Assembly: GCA_016748015.1 (NCBI GenBank)
Contig: JAAOMT010000697.1
Coordinates: 380,868 to 444,867 of the forward strand
DNA from: Geosiphon pyriformis uo1
Lineage: Eukaryota; Fungi; Glomeromycota
Direction: 5' to 3'
Length of the DNA: 64,000 nt
A program made the position numbers and the translations under genes. This document shows, piece after piece, positions 1 through 13,544 of this stretch (its first letter is position 1; each line of letters starts with the position of its first letter). The notes under the pieces are model-generated. The model was not told the origin of the DNA and ran no database searches. It saw only the letters and a program-made list of their open reading frames with translations.

Positions 1-47
1 AAATAATCATTAATAATAATGACAACACCAACAACAACAACAATAAG

Positions 48-2029
48 ATAGCCAGGACTGGCAACCACAAGTTTCTATCAGTGGCCACTTCAATGCTGTC
101 CAAAGTATCACTTGGAACCCAACTAACGAATATTTGATTTCCGTGAGGTATCCGACTTCCGCTGTTGCTTATTTTTCGATACATTATTAATTCACGCATT
201 GCATGTCCAATTAAAAGTTTAGATCAAACTGCACGGCTTTTTGCTCCTTGGCTTCGCACAAAAGCACGAAACTCTTCAACCAATTTAGTTACTTGGCATG
301 AAATCTCACGTACCCAAATTCACGGATACGATATTAATTGCATCGCATTTATTAATCAATGGACCTACGTTTGTGGTTCAGATGAAAAGGTCTATTAGGA
401 AAATGTTTCAAATTAGCCTAACAACTTATGATTTTTCTTATAATTCTCAATTTCATTCTGCCTACCTTCAGGTTTTACGAGTATTTGATGCTCCAAAAAC
501 TTTTCTAGAATCTTTGTCCAAGTTGACAAAGGCTGAAAGAATTACGGATAAATTGGTTTGTTGATATCAACCAAATAACTTCTTCAGTTGACATCCCAAC
601 ATTTTCTTGATAATATTTGCATTCTAATATGGAAGGAATCACGTCCTGTTGGTGCTAATCTTCCTGCGTTAGGGTTGTCTAACAAGGCTATTTTCCAAGG
701 TGACATTGATACATTTGTGAAGGCAGCCGAATCCGAAGAGTTCCTTAGTCGTCAAAGTTACGCTCATTCGTCAGCAACACCAAATTCATTAGTCCAGACT
801 ATGGAAAGACCCCCATTCGAGGAACATTTATTACAACATACTCTTTGGCCCGAGATTGAGAAATTGTAAGTGTTAAAACACTTTGGAATTATGCCTAAAT
901 ATTCTTTTCCTCCATAAAAATCATTTTATCTTTCAAGATACGGTCATGGGTATGAGCTGGTTAGTGTGGGTGCTAGTCACGATGGGAAATATGTGGCATC
1001 AGCCTGTAGGGTAAAGCATTGAAATGAACCCCATTGAGAAGCTTTGTTTGTACTTTTGACACAATAATTTTACTTTATAGGCAACTAGCTCTGACCATGC
1101 TGTCATTCGAATATACACTACTGATACATGGAAAGAAATTTCACCCCCACTACGATCACACTCCTTAACTGTCATCCGGATAAAGTTTTCTCATGATGAC
1201 AATTATTTGTTGACAGTATCCAGAGACAGGTTTTGGTCATTGTTCGAAAGAAGTGGGCAAGGTGATGATAATTGCCTTTTTATTTAATTTTTCGAGCTGT
1301 AAAAATTATTTTTCACGTTTTCGTTTCATAGGCCCACCGTATAAACTAGTCGCCAGAAATAAAGCTCATTCGCGTATCATCTGGGACTGCTCATGGAGCC
1401 ATGACGATCGTTTCTTTGTGACTGCTTCCCGAGATAAAACGGTTTGCTCATTATCATAACTAATATTTAGAATCCAAATTTTTTTCGTACCTGATCATCA
1501 GTCCCCATAACTCCTATTAAGGTCAAAATTTGGCCCATGATGACCCCATCACAAAATCAATGGGGAGAAATTGCCACCGTGAGATTATCAGAGGCCGTCA
1601 CGGCTGTTGATTTCGCCCCTTCTTCTTTCTCTCAAACGTAGGTATATTTTTAATGTTTGCTTGTCTTTTCAAACCTTATGTGTAAATGATTTGACATTCT
1701 CCCCAATTGTCAGCTATATTTTGGCTTTAGGGCTTGAATCCGGGCAAATTCTTATATGTCACTCGGAGCCGTATAATTTTGAACGTTGGCATGTAGTACA
1801 GGCGATCGACAAAGCGTGGGTACATTCATTTTGCAGCTTTCATTAATTTACTTTCAGTCAGGTCATTAATTGGAACTCTTTCTAAAGTTCATGTCCTGCT
1901 GCCAGCATCAATTGTTTAGCATGGCGTGTTTACATTGAACAGAGTAAAAAATCGAGTGTGTGGCAATTGGCGAGTTGTGCCGCCGATTGGTCTGTACGGA
2001 TTTATAACGCCGATTTATCATATAGGTGA
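48..2029 (+). CDS. ELP2: Elongator complex protein 2 (WD40), 3' part; 10 exons visible, 5' end outside window
   Basis: Spliced translation [113 protein letters not shown]; TGA at 2027-2029. Confidence 0.95.
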
Positions 2030-2296
2030 CGATAATGTTTGAGACAGGCGAAGCCAAATAATTGTCAAGTATTTATATTAAAATAAAAAAAATCGCGAGC
2101 TGCTGTATCAGAAGCAAGCGTGCTAAATTGCTGATGACTGATGTTTTTCAGTGATACCCTCACTGATCTGCTATACTCTATCGGAAACGTAAAAATTTTA
2201 AAGGAAAAACAGACTAGCGAGAACTCGGCTTCTCAGCTAAGTATAAATTATCGGGTAAATGACCACAAATAAATTTATAGTCTCATTGCATGTTAA

Positions 2297-3604
2297 CTAG
2301 ATCAATCTCGGCTTGGGTTGATCCTGATACTCGTAATGCAAATCAAATACGTCGTTATTACTGATAAAGACCCAGCCGTCTTCTTTAACGTGATAAACTA
2401 GATTTTTGGATGAATTTTATGCTTAAAAGTTCTAGTAATTAGGAAAATTGTCTGGAAATGGCAAATACTTACTATTTACTGAGCCACCCGACGCCCCATC
2501 TCGATAGGTAGCATGATATATGGAGCGTCGCCCTAGGTCAATAGCATCATTGTCCTCAAGTTCAAAATCAAATCCAGAGTCCAATACACCATAAGCAAAT
2601 GTAGAGCCCGAGCCAACTGAAAAAAGATCTCCTTTCAGACGAGTGCCGTCTGAATCGACATAGAAGATATTAGGCCCCTATAAATAGATTTTTCAAATGT
2701 TATGAAAATAAATACGGAATCTGAAGAAGTTGATTAGTATCCTCACCGTTTTGTCCCATCCTGTTACCATTGTACCCTATATATTTTCATAGAAGAACTT
2801 GGATCATTCTAAAAAAAGTCTCCCTTAACTTAAGTTCATGTTACAAACCATTGAAAGCCCCATTCCCTTGTACGAGTATACAGTGTTGGATAACAATTTA
2901 GAAGCAGCCGCCACCGAGATTCGTTCCTTATTTCTCAATTCGTATAATCTAATGATAACACGTAAAATCAATGAGATTCGAACGAATCCAGCTAAAGAAA
3001 ATATGATATCCTAGAGCGTCCGATAGGGCCTATATTTCCTTTGAATATCAACCTGCATCGTCTGCCTAAATCTCTTTCCCAGAATGAACAGTCTGCTGCA
3101 CCACCGGCCATTGTGCCTAAAAGGTATGGATTGATCTGGATAACCTTTTTCACACTTTGCGAAGCTAAAAAAAAACTCGATTTATTAGAATAAAAATAGA
3201 AATAAATTTTAAAGATTTTTGGGTGTTTATCAGCCTTTACCAATGTAAGATCCTGAACTTGCACGTGAATCAACAGCCACGATAACACCTCCTTTAAACT
3301 TGAAAGCAAGGGTGGTAGTTCCGTGTTGAATTTTGATGCGACAATCTTTTGAATTTTCGTCTGTAATAGCTTCAAGGAACTCAACCGGCTTTAGGCAAGC
3401 GTAGGGTGTCAGATTTAAGTATCATAAACCAAAATTAAAGGTTCGAGAAATCAGAATGGCATTATTTACATTGTTGCATTTTGGGATCTCAAAAGAGGGC
3501 AGAGCAAACTCCTGGGTAGCGTCGAAGCAACCAAAATCACCTAGCATGGATTCATTCTCTAAGCAGGAAAATGTCGTTCGGAAACGATTGATAAATGCGT
3601 CCAT
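2297..3604 (-). CDS. PRE2: 20S proteasome subunit beta5 (chymotrypsin-like), 7 exons
   Basis: Propeptide then [80 protein letters not shown]; GT-AG introns. Confidence 0.96.
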
Positions 3605-3784
3605 TTTGAAAAAAGTGCCAAACCAACACTCTTAATTTGAGACAATTTCTCAGGTTATCTTTTTTTTAAAATTACCGAAATTTCGGGTACGTCAATGCTT
3701 ACGTTTCGTTCACCATTTTTGGTCACATGGGGATATTTAATCAAAAGTTTCAAACCTCTGGCGGCTGTTACAATTGCTTTCAGC
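3605..3784. promoter_or_regulatory. Bidirectional promoter shared by PRE2 and PRE7
   Basis: Only 180 bp between divergent ATGs; central perfect palindrome CCGAAATTTCGG (3675-3686) followed by TACGTCA. Confidence 0.7.
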
Positions 3785-4929
3785 ATGAACTCCATGTCAC
3801 AATATGCCGAAACTTTTGTCTCAGGGTCAATATCTGTCCCTATCGAGCACCGGTTCTACCCTTACACCGATAATGGGGGGTAAGTTTTTAGAGGTTTGAA
3901 TTTAGCGATAACTTACCACAGGTCGAAGGAACGGACCGGCTCTTTAGCTCTACCACTATCAGCGCGAGCTTACTTTTACTTAATCTCTTCAATTCCATTA
4001 TTTAAATATAAGGACTTCATTAGCTATTGCTGGGGAAGATTTCTGTGTGGTGGCCTCAGATACTCGACAAAGCGAAGGATTCCTCATTAATGCGCGTTAT
4101 TCCCCGAAGGCTTTCAAACTGCAAGTATAAGACAAATTTGCACATTTGTTTCCATACATAAGATCTTCAGCATAAACTATTGCTTGCTTTCAGATCAGAA
4201 ACTGCGGTCCTGGCTACCAATGGGTTCTTAGCGGATGGTTTTGCTTTAGTGAAACGCCTTGAACAACGACTGGAGGTCAATATTTTAGCCTCATATACAG
4301 TTCACCGAACCATTAAAGTGTTATCGGGAATTCTCACTTTCTGAATTTTAATTTATACTAGTGGTATAAGCATTCTCACAACAAACCTATGTCCATCTCA
4401 GCGCTAGCTCAGATGCTTTCCACAACATTATATTCTAAGCGATTTTTCCCATACTATGTTGGGAATTTGTTGGGAGGACTTGATGAAAATGGTATTTTTT
4501 CCTTTTCCAGGAATTAAATCGACCAATTAACTAAATTATCTTACCGAATTAATAAACAGGAAGAGGGGTGGTATACAGTTTCGACCCGGTAGGTTCTTAT
4601 AAACCTGAAGTTTGCCGAGCCGGCGGTTCGGCAGCTGCTCTTGTTCAACCATTTTTGGATAATCAAGTAAATTAACTTCACCCTTCAATAATTATTGTCA
4701 TGTTTTCAATGCTTTGGAAAAAGCTTATATAGAAATCTTCAAATAGGTTAGTTTCAAACATCAGCCCACTGCTACTCGCACCTTGTCGCTGGAAATGGCA
4801 GTTAAAATCGCTAAAGACGCTTTTACATCGGCAACTGAAAGAGATATTTACACTGGCGATTATCTCGAGATTTTTGTAATCAAACGAGATGGAATCACTG
4901 TTGAAAAAATGGAACTAAAAAAGGATTAA
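3785..4929 (+). CDS. PRE7: 20S proteasome subunit beta6, 6 exons
   Basis: [85 protein letters not shown]; intron 2 is GC-AG. Start may be 3785 or 3794. Confidence 0.95.
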
Positions 4930-5089
4930 TCTATAATGGAAAGAAAGGTCTCGTTGCTGGGAAAGATACATTGACCGGAAAGGCTATACATGAAAATCTT
5001 GTCTGGTCCTTTTAGTTGAAATCACATGAGATAAAGTTCTGTTTTGTGTTCACACGCTATTATATGCAGTTAATCCGATTGCAGAGATT

Positions 5090-6745
5090 TTTTAAATTTG
5101 AATGTTATTTCAAAAATTATAACATCAAAAAAAATTTATTGCAATTATGTTCATTAATTAAAACATGTTTTAAATTATTTTAAGCTATTTTATTTACATA
5201 TTAAAATATTTAGCTGAATATTATTAATAATATAATACATATTAAATTTTAAAAAATTGGTTTATTTATTAAGAATAGTTAAATTTTTTAATTTTCAAGT
5301 TTATTTTTTAATTTAAAAAAAGCTTTTTTTGATTTTTTTTAAGTATTAATAAAATAACAATTTAAGACAAGTTTTTTTAATTTAAATTTAAAACGGTTTT
5401 GATTGTTTTAAAAACATATTTTTTTTTAATCAAAGTTTTTTTTAATATATTAAAACTAATTTTAATGTTATTTTTATTATTATAAGAAATTTAAGATTTT
5501 TAACAACAAATTAATAATAAAACTATTATTTTTTAATTATTATTATCACTATTTCGTAAATAATTTAAAATATGATGTTTAAATATTCAAGTTTAAAAAA
5601 ATAAAAATAAAAAATTATGTAATTACAATTAATATAATTAAAATAAATTAATTAACTATATTTTTTAACAATTATTTTTGAACAACAATTACAAATTTAA
5701 AATATTAAGTTGTATTAAAAAATATATATGTAAATTTTAAAATATAGCAAAATTTGTTCTTATTAAATTACATAGTATTTTTTAATTTAAAAACTTTTTT
5801 GTATTAAATTTAATTTAATAATTAATTTGTATTATATTTAATTAATTATTAATTTTTATTTTTGTTAATTGTTTTGTTAAATTAAATATTATAATATAAT
5901 TTTTTTATATAATTTAATAATAATTTTTTACATAAAAAAACTGTATTTTTTATTAAATATAAATATTAAATTAAAAAACTTTTTTTTATATATTTTAAAT
6001 TTTTTAAAGAACTTATATTTTTTATTATTTTTAAAAAACAAAAAGTGGCTAGTCACATATAGTAAGTACGTAAGTCACATTTAGTTTGAGTCACTTAGTT
6101 TGGCTCTATATACTAGATAGCAGTTAGACTACACTTCTTAAATGCTTTAATAATAAAGACAAACTATAAAATATTAATTAATAATATTAAGTATTTAAGT
6201 AATAAAACAGATTTAAATTTCAAAATATTTATAAATAATAAACAATTTTAAAATATAAAAACAAATACAAAAAAGATATTAAAAAATTTTTTAATTGTTA
6301 ATTATAGTTATAAAACAAGCAATAAAAATAAAGTACTTTTGAATTTAAGAACTAATATTTTTATAACAAAATAACTTAATATTAAGTTAATTATCTTTTT
6401 TTTGATTTTTTTAATTATAAAATAGATAATAAAATACTGTTTGTTTTTTTTATTATATTATTGCTTTAAGTAAAATTTGAATTAATTCCAAAATTGTTAA
6501 AAAAAGTTAAAATATTTGTTAAAAAATTTTTTATATTAATTATTAATTTTTTAATTATTAAAAAAAGACATTATAATAAAAATAACAATAATTTATAAAT
6601 TATTTTATTTAATAAATAAATTTAAAAGACTTTTATACTTATAAAATTTAAAAAAATCTAAATAAAATTATGGTTTTAATTATTAAAAAAAATTCAGATA
6701 AATAGCAATTTTAAAAAACAAAAAGTTTATTTAAATTAAACTATA
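5090..6745. repeat. Extremely AT-rich decayed transposon relic, including a minus-strand LINE 3' end (6045-6140)
   Basis: Almost no C/G; the reverse complement of 6045-6140 aligns with 23597-23686, differing mostly by transitions. Confidence 0.6.
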
Positions 6746-6917
6746 ATAATAAACTTCTTTCTCTTCTACATCCCAAATTCCTGAAATAACACATTTTTTT
6801 GAAAGAAGTTTTTATTTTTTATATTTGTTCTCATTTTTTTATTTTTGCTTAGTTTTCACAATTTTTCAACTCATTAATCTTTTTGTTGTCCCTTTGGCAT
6901 TTAATGTTGTCAACACT

Positions 6918-8733
6918 ATGTTCATGAAAAAATCGGTCAGAGATGCCACTACAAGCTCTGTGAATGAGAGTTTAAGGCAAAAACCAAAGATTTTGCTTGA
7001 AAAAGTTAAACACTTGGGTAATGAAACTGATTTGTCTTTCAAATTACTTGCCAGCAATTCTGGTCAATACAAGAATATAGATACCTCTTCTAATGAAAAG
7101 TTGGAACACAAGATGGGCAAGAACATGGGCTATGATACTGGCAACAAGAATGATGGGCTATTGGACTCTTGTACTAACACCCCAAAGGCAAAACATTTCA
7201 ATTCTGGTATAGTGAAGGCTTCATCTCTGAGTCCCTGTAATTTTGGCTTTGCCATTGATGACATTGACATGGACTTATCTTCTCTTGTTTTTTTGGAACC
7301 CTCTTTTCATCCAGTTGCATCTGTTAAAAAAAAACTCTGTTTTGAACCAACCAAATCCTTTGCACTTAATATTGGTCTATTGGCTGTTTTCAGAAGTACT
7401 CTATGTGACAAACTTAAAGGTGTTAAAAAGCTATTCTACAAAATTGATGGTTTTGGGGGTGCATCAATTTCATCGAAATTTTCAGGTATCTTTCACATCT
7501 GATTCCAGTCTTGCTTTGGCTAAACAATTGGCTGTGTTTGAGAATTTTGTTGTCAATGCTGATCTAAAAAAGATCAGCATGTAATCAGATCAGGAAATTA
7601 TTATCAAAAAAATTCTGGTTGATCTGCCCAAATTAGCAATTGAGTCAGCTTTGATCAAGTATGGAAAAATTTTTTCAATCAAAATGCAGCTGATTGGCCT
7701 CTGACAGAAAGCACTGGTAGAGTTTAAGAGTTTTCAGGTCACTGATCTGGTTGCATCCAAATGGTCAATCTTGCTGGATAAGGACTCAACATGTGTTGCC
7801 AAAGCCAATACTGACAAACAAATATGAGATTTAAGAGACAGCTATTGTGCTCTCCTATATATTCTGCCAATAGGCACAACTGCCTACGATCTTTCAGATT
7901 TGGTCCAGTTGTATGATAAGAAGATTTGCTACATTTCTAAGAATTTGGTATCTTATGCACAAGTCTGCTGTGCTGTCATATATTTCAATTTTGACAATAC
8001 CAGAAAGGCTGCCATTTGCTCTACACCAGTATTTAAGGGTGTTAATCTTGTCTGGGCTGGTTTGTTGTTTCCTAAGTGTATTATATATGGTAATTTTGGT
8101 CACATTTCTTTTAGATGTAACAGTGATAAAAAAAACATTGGGCAAAATTCCAAAAAAAGATTTTTTTGTTCTAATTCAGATAAGAGGCACCTTGTGTTTA
8201 TTTATGCCAAAAAGCAAGCACCTATGTCTTATTCAGTCTCCTTTGGTAATGTGACTTGGGCTTCTATAATAAGCAGCACCCCTAAAAATTTGTCTTCTAT
8301 ACTGTTCATTGAGACCAATTTGGGTATAGAATTGGTCAATGATTTAACATCTGTGGTTATGATTTTGGCTTTGCATATTAGTGTCCTCAAGTGTTCACTT
8401 GAGAATGTGTCTAACCAGATGGCTAACATTTCATGTAAGCTGGACAGGTTGCTGGCTGTTTTATTGGCAAGTTTTATTGTTTTGCCTACTCCTGAACATA
8501 ACCTGGTGCTAGATATAACTGCTAATGCTTCATTATTTGTTCTTTCTGTGCCTCATGTGATTACTGCCAACTCCCAGAACATTTCTCTGAATGGTTCCCA
8601 AGTTCTAACTGCGAAAGTAAGTGGCCTGGAGGCTAACTTATTGGTTCTGGAGAATTCAGTTAAAACAATATTGAATAAGTTGGATTCTTTTGGTTCTGGC
8701 AGTGGTGTGATAACCTTTTTTCTTTCCCAATGA
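6918..8733 (+). pseudogene. LINE ORF1 (gag-like nucleic-acid-binding protein)
   Basis: Decayed CCHC knuckle CIIYGNFGHISFRC, coiled-coil-like C-terminus, internal stops at W/Q/R codons. Confidence 0.75.
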
Positions 8734-11700
8734 GTAGCTTAGCTTGAAAAATTGCTACTTGTAATGTTAGAGATATGAATGTTTCTGCTAATTAAAATAA
8801 TATTATTAAATAGCACATGATTTCGAATAATGATATTTCAATAGTTACTAAGATTAAGCTTTGTTTCAGTATCAAGCCTTGGATTACAAATAAGTTTCCT
8901 ATTTATTTTAGATCTGGATGCTGGGTTTTTAGGTGTGAGCATTGCTTTAATTATGAATGAAAATTTAGCCAAATATGTTTCAAAAATCTCTGAAATTCTG
9001 GGTAGATTTTTGATGGTCTATTTGCTATTCAAAAACAAACAATTTGTTTCTGTGTTGGGTTTATATGTAAAGGCTTTTCTGGATAGGCATATAATTCAGA
9101 CTGGTCTTGTTAATTCTTTTGTAGCCAAAGCTTGTAATAAGAGTACTTTTGTTATATTAGGTGGTAATTTCAATAAGGATAAGAACAAACATAGCTCTAG
9201 TTTTAGTAAGTATGTGAATCTAGATTTAGTTAATACATTAGTTAATAGTCCTTATATTAAGGCTTCTACTTGGAGGAATTTCAAGAGTGTTGAGAGGACT
9301 ATTGACTACATTTTTGTTTTATAGAGTTTAAGTAATGCTTTAGTAAATAGGCAAGTTGTGAATATAAATGAGTTTTTTAGCACTGATCATAGTTTTGTTC
9401 AAATCACAATTGGTCTTAGTGGAATTTTGAATTCTGTCTTAAGGGCTATTTGTGTTTAAGCCAATAAAGACAAATGAAAATTTAATATTAAAAATGCTGA
9501 CAAGGCTAAATAGGAGCAGTATAGGACTGTATCTTGTGATAATTTCGCCATGTTTTCTGATGAGTTTGCAGATTTTCATTGTTTGTCTGACCTGAATGGC
9601 ATGTGGAGTGTTGTTTGCAAAGCCATTTGTTTTTCAATGAGTGAAGTTTTCTTGAAAACTTGGTTTAAAAATTTTGATGATGGCTTTACCAAAAGTTTTT
9701 CTCGCTATCATAGATTGGAACTTTTGGTTTCTAAGTTGGTGAAGACCTTGCATTCTGTGTCATCTAATGAGTTTGTCTCCCTTTTGAACATTTGGGTGTT
9801 TTTGGATTCCATTAATGCTTTTGCTATTAAGTTTCTTTTTTTTTTGGGATCTCATTTTGATGTCATTAGATCAGTTTTGGCGAAGGTTAAAAAGTCTTAT
9901 CATTCCTTCAAGATAATAGAATCAAAATGTGCTAAGAACTCTCAAATCAGGCTGGCAATTGACAAAAAGATGGAAAACTTTGAGTTGAATAAGGGCCAAA
10001 CTATTAGAAATGTATTTGAGCAGCCATTTTGCAAAGTTATATTGATTTATCTGGTTGTGAATGAGGACTTTATTTTGGAGCCTGATTTGGTTAAACTTCA
10101 CATTGATAGAATTATGGAGGGCTGGACCAGAAAGCATATGGTGGTTAATGATGTTTTAAGTAAATAGTCTTGTTAATTTCAACCCTTGGAGTATGTCTTT
10201 AATGATGTATTCTTAAATGTTATACATTCTATTGAGATGAATGAATTTCTTGGTGTGGTTTTGAATTTGTCTGATAATAAAGCTGTCAGCCTTTCTGGTA
10301 TCACAAATGAACTGTGAAAACATTGTGACAGGTTTGTTTTGGATTTATTTTTGATGCTTTTGAACTTTTGTTTGATTTGTGAATCTGTTCCAGATCTTTG
10401 GAAAGAGGTCTGAGTGTCTATGATTCCTAAACCTTATGACTGGAAAGAGATTTTTATGAACATCTAATCTATTGCACTGATTGAGACTGCCTGTAAAATT
10501 TTCTCCAAGATTTTCTCTAACAGAATCTCTATAGCATGTAATAAGTATAACATTCTTTGTGATAACAACTTCTTGGTTCTTAAAGATACAACAACACAGT
10601 CTCTTATTTTTGCTATTAGTTCAGTGGTTGAGAATGCATTGGAGAAAAATTGCAAACTTTGGTTAGTTTTACAAGACATAAGAAAAACATATAATTTGGT
10701 TGATTGGAAACATCTGAAAAAAAGTTTGGTCAGAATCAAAATGTGCAGTAAATTCATAAAATTTTTTGGGAGTATTCACAATGGTCATTTGAACAGAGTG
10801 ATAACTAATTTTGGGTTGACTAATAGTTATAGTGTTTATGATGGCTTGGATCAGGGGAAAGTGTTTTTACATCTCCTTTGGCATATTTTTTATGACACTT
10901 TGCTGTGCAAAGTGAAGAGACAAAAGGCAGTATATGATTACAGACTGAATTTGTATTATGTTGCCAAAACTGGTCACATAGATCTCCAGAATAGTTTGAC
11001 CTTTTTTCTTGCTGTAGGTGCTTTTGTTGATGATACTATATGGGTTGGTTCTAGTCAAGTGGCTACACAACACATTTTCAATGTTGCCAGTGAATTTTTC
11101 AGGATGAATGATATCTCGATCAACAACAACAAAACTGTAGTGATCCCAATCAATTGCAGAGTAGCAGCTCTTTTTTTATCTGTCAGTGGCACTTCTATTT
11201 CTATTATTAAAAAGAAAGAGTTTCACCAATATCTAGATATTTTTTTTTCTTCAGATGGATTGTCTAAGTCTAGCTTGGCCAAAACACATTCAGATATTTG
11301 GTTTTTTGCCAATTTTGTTCTGAAAAAAGCAATTCAGACAAACAGTTTTCTTACTTGGTATCAGCAGTTTTTCATCTTATTATTGGTTACAGGACTTAGT
11401 TTAGCTTTATTTCCACTAGTATATGCCAAAAGTGAGATGTTTTAATTTGGAAGAACCTAAAACTGAAATCAGGTCTGTTTCTGGACTTTCCTAACAATGT
11501 TTTGCACCACTTTTCATTTTATGGCTTAAAGACTTTTGAGCAAGTTTAGGCCAAAGACAAAATTGCTGTTGTGATATGCTTTACTAACTCTGTTGAAATT
11601 TTGGGCCAATTTTTTGCACACAGATCACATGACTTACAGGTCTTGAGTTGGTATCCAGTACATTCTTTGCATTTTTCGGTTTACATTAGTGTCAATCCTT

Positions 11701-13405
11701 TGAACAACTTCTTGACAAGTGTGGTTTGGGTCTTTCTTGATTCTGATTTATCTTTAGATAATCTTATATGCAATGTTTTTTACTTTTGGAATGGAACTTT
11801 TTTATCTGGAATCCTTGACAAGTTGATATATTTCAAGTGTTTTTCCTCTTTTTGTCATTATAGAATTGCTTTGGTTGAGCAGCTTTGGTGCTGGAATAGT
11901 GCTGTTTTGATTAGAAAACTTTTAAGCAGTGGAAAAGACTTGATCCGCATGGTCTTGTTTCTGTCTGGTTTGTTATTGCCATTTGGCATCTCCATGATTC
12001 TGGTTCTCTTGATGCCAGCTCTTCTCTTCTGGATGAAGCTGCTGCAAAAAACATTCTTGAATCTTATGAGTTTAGATTAGTACCTAATTGGTTGTCTGGC
12101 ATTGGTGCTTCTGGCTTTTTTGTGTACACAGATGGTTTTTTTTGTGGCTTGGGGAGTGTTAATATAAAAGCTGGTGCTGCTGTATTCTTCGAGGACATTA
12201 ATTTAGGTCTTGGGATGGAAGTGTCTGGCATGGTATCTTCTATATTGGTAGAGCTTCAGGCCATTGCATTGGCCCTTGAGTGTGTGCCTAATTCAAGTTC
12301 AGTCCATTTATTTTCTGACAGCCAAGCTGCTTTGGATGCATGTAAATATGAATTATTGTTGTTGGTTCTGGATTTTCAGAACAAATATTGGGTTGAGTGT
12401 TGACACATTACTGACATTATACATAAAAGGAATTTGAATGTTGGTTGGCACAAGGTTAAAAAACACTCAGATGTTTTGGGTAATGATTGAGCCAACTTAT
12501 TTGCTGGTGTTTCTTCTCATTCTGGCCAGCTTTTCTCTTCCCAGCTCAAGAAATGTTTTGTTTTGGCTAATAACAGTATTGTTTCTAGAAACTCCAGACA
12601 CTTTGTTCATGATATTTTTTAGTCTATTCATTGTACATGCTGGGAATTGGGCTTTGGTGCCAAAATTGTGGATAGTTGTCTGTTTATGGATATTGATTGG
12701 TTTAGGTCATCTCTTGTTTGGCATCCTGACTCCCATATAGCTGCTGGCTTTATGAGTTGCCACTTTGCTGGCTCCTGTTCCTATTTTATAAAAGCTTTAC
12801 ATCATAAGCTGCCTATTGTTGTTTGCAAACACCTCTATGATAAATATTATCTTAGTGTGATGTGCCTGTATTGTGGTGATGTTAAGGTGTTGGACCATGT
12901 TTTCTCATGTGCATTTGATGTGGCTGCTTGATCTCAGTTATTCATTGATTTTGCTTTTGCTTAGAGAGCTATATCTGGTCTATTTTATGCTTCCTTTTGT
13001 GTGTTACAAATGTTATTTAATTGTTTGCCTGATTTGGGTCTGGTTGCTTTGCTATGCAAAGGTTTTGTGCTTATGGATTGGTACCAAGAGGCTGTTTCCT
13101 GTTTTGATAACTTTAAAATTGCATCTGGTAAGGTAATTGAGTTTGTTTGTGGTTTATGTCTGTTTTTTAGAAATGATATTTGGCTGATTTGCTCCAAGCA
13201 TTATGCTTTTATAGAGAGACATGGTTTGATTCTTTATGATAGTTCAATCTTTGTTTCAGTGTTCAGTGATATGTTAATGCTCTTGGCCAAAATGGTTAGA
13301 TTGCTTGGTATTAACAATGCATTTGGTATTAGTTTTGGGCTGTCCAATTTTTGTTGGTTTTTTTTAGGTATAGGTAATTTGGTTTCTGTGTATATAAATG
13401 TTTAG
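8730..13405 (+). pseudogene. LINE ORF2: AP endonuclease, reverse transcriptase, RNase H, C-terminal Cys/His motif
   Basis: KIATCNVR, ILGGNFN, RTIDYIF, TDH (APE); LQDIRKTYNLV, GLDQG, AFVDDT at 11020-11037 (RT); VYTDG, VELQAI, FSDSQ (RNase H); CLYCG..DHVFSC. Many stops and frameshifts. Confidence 0.92.
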
Positions 13406-13544
13406 TGTAGTTCTGGTTAGCTTGAGTAACTAGTCATGTGTAGAAAAAGCATGATTTACACCTAGTATAGATCATTATTTTAATGTATTATCATTAGACA
13501 GTGTTTGAATTTCACTCATTAAAATTTTAAAAAAAAAATAATAA

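Larger units (their letters stand above)
6750..13540 (+). mobile_element. Near full-length but inactivated non-LTR retrotransposon (LINE): ORF1 plus APE-RT-RNase H ORF2
   Basis: Pyrimidine-rich 5' UTR, two long broken ORFs, 3' UTR, A-tail running into (AAT)n at about 13530; CpG almost absent. Confidence 0.93.

Noticed and set aside
148-217. U12-type intron in ELP2 (GTATCC donor)
   Set aside because: Donor is GTATCCGA rather than GTATCCTT, and there is no TCCTTAAC branch site.
2100-2170. Hammerhead or C/D snoRNA (CTGATGA plus hairpins) between ELP2 and PRE2
   Set aside because: No GAAA after stem II and C-to-D spacing is too short; likely 3' UTR.
3905-3970. tRNA on the minus strand (AGTGGTAGAGC)
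   Set aside because: No cloverleaf, anticodon arm or proper T-loop.
5090-6745. Organellar insertion or alternative genetic code in the AT-rich blocks
   Set aside because: No mitochondrial genes recognisable; TGA stops in TEs co-occur with TAG/TAA and frameshifts, consistent with decay.
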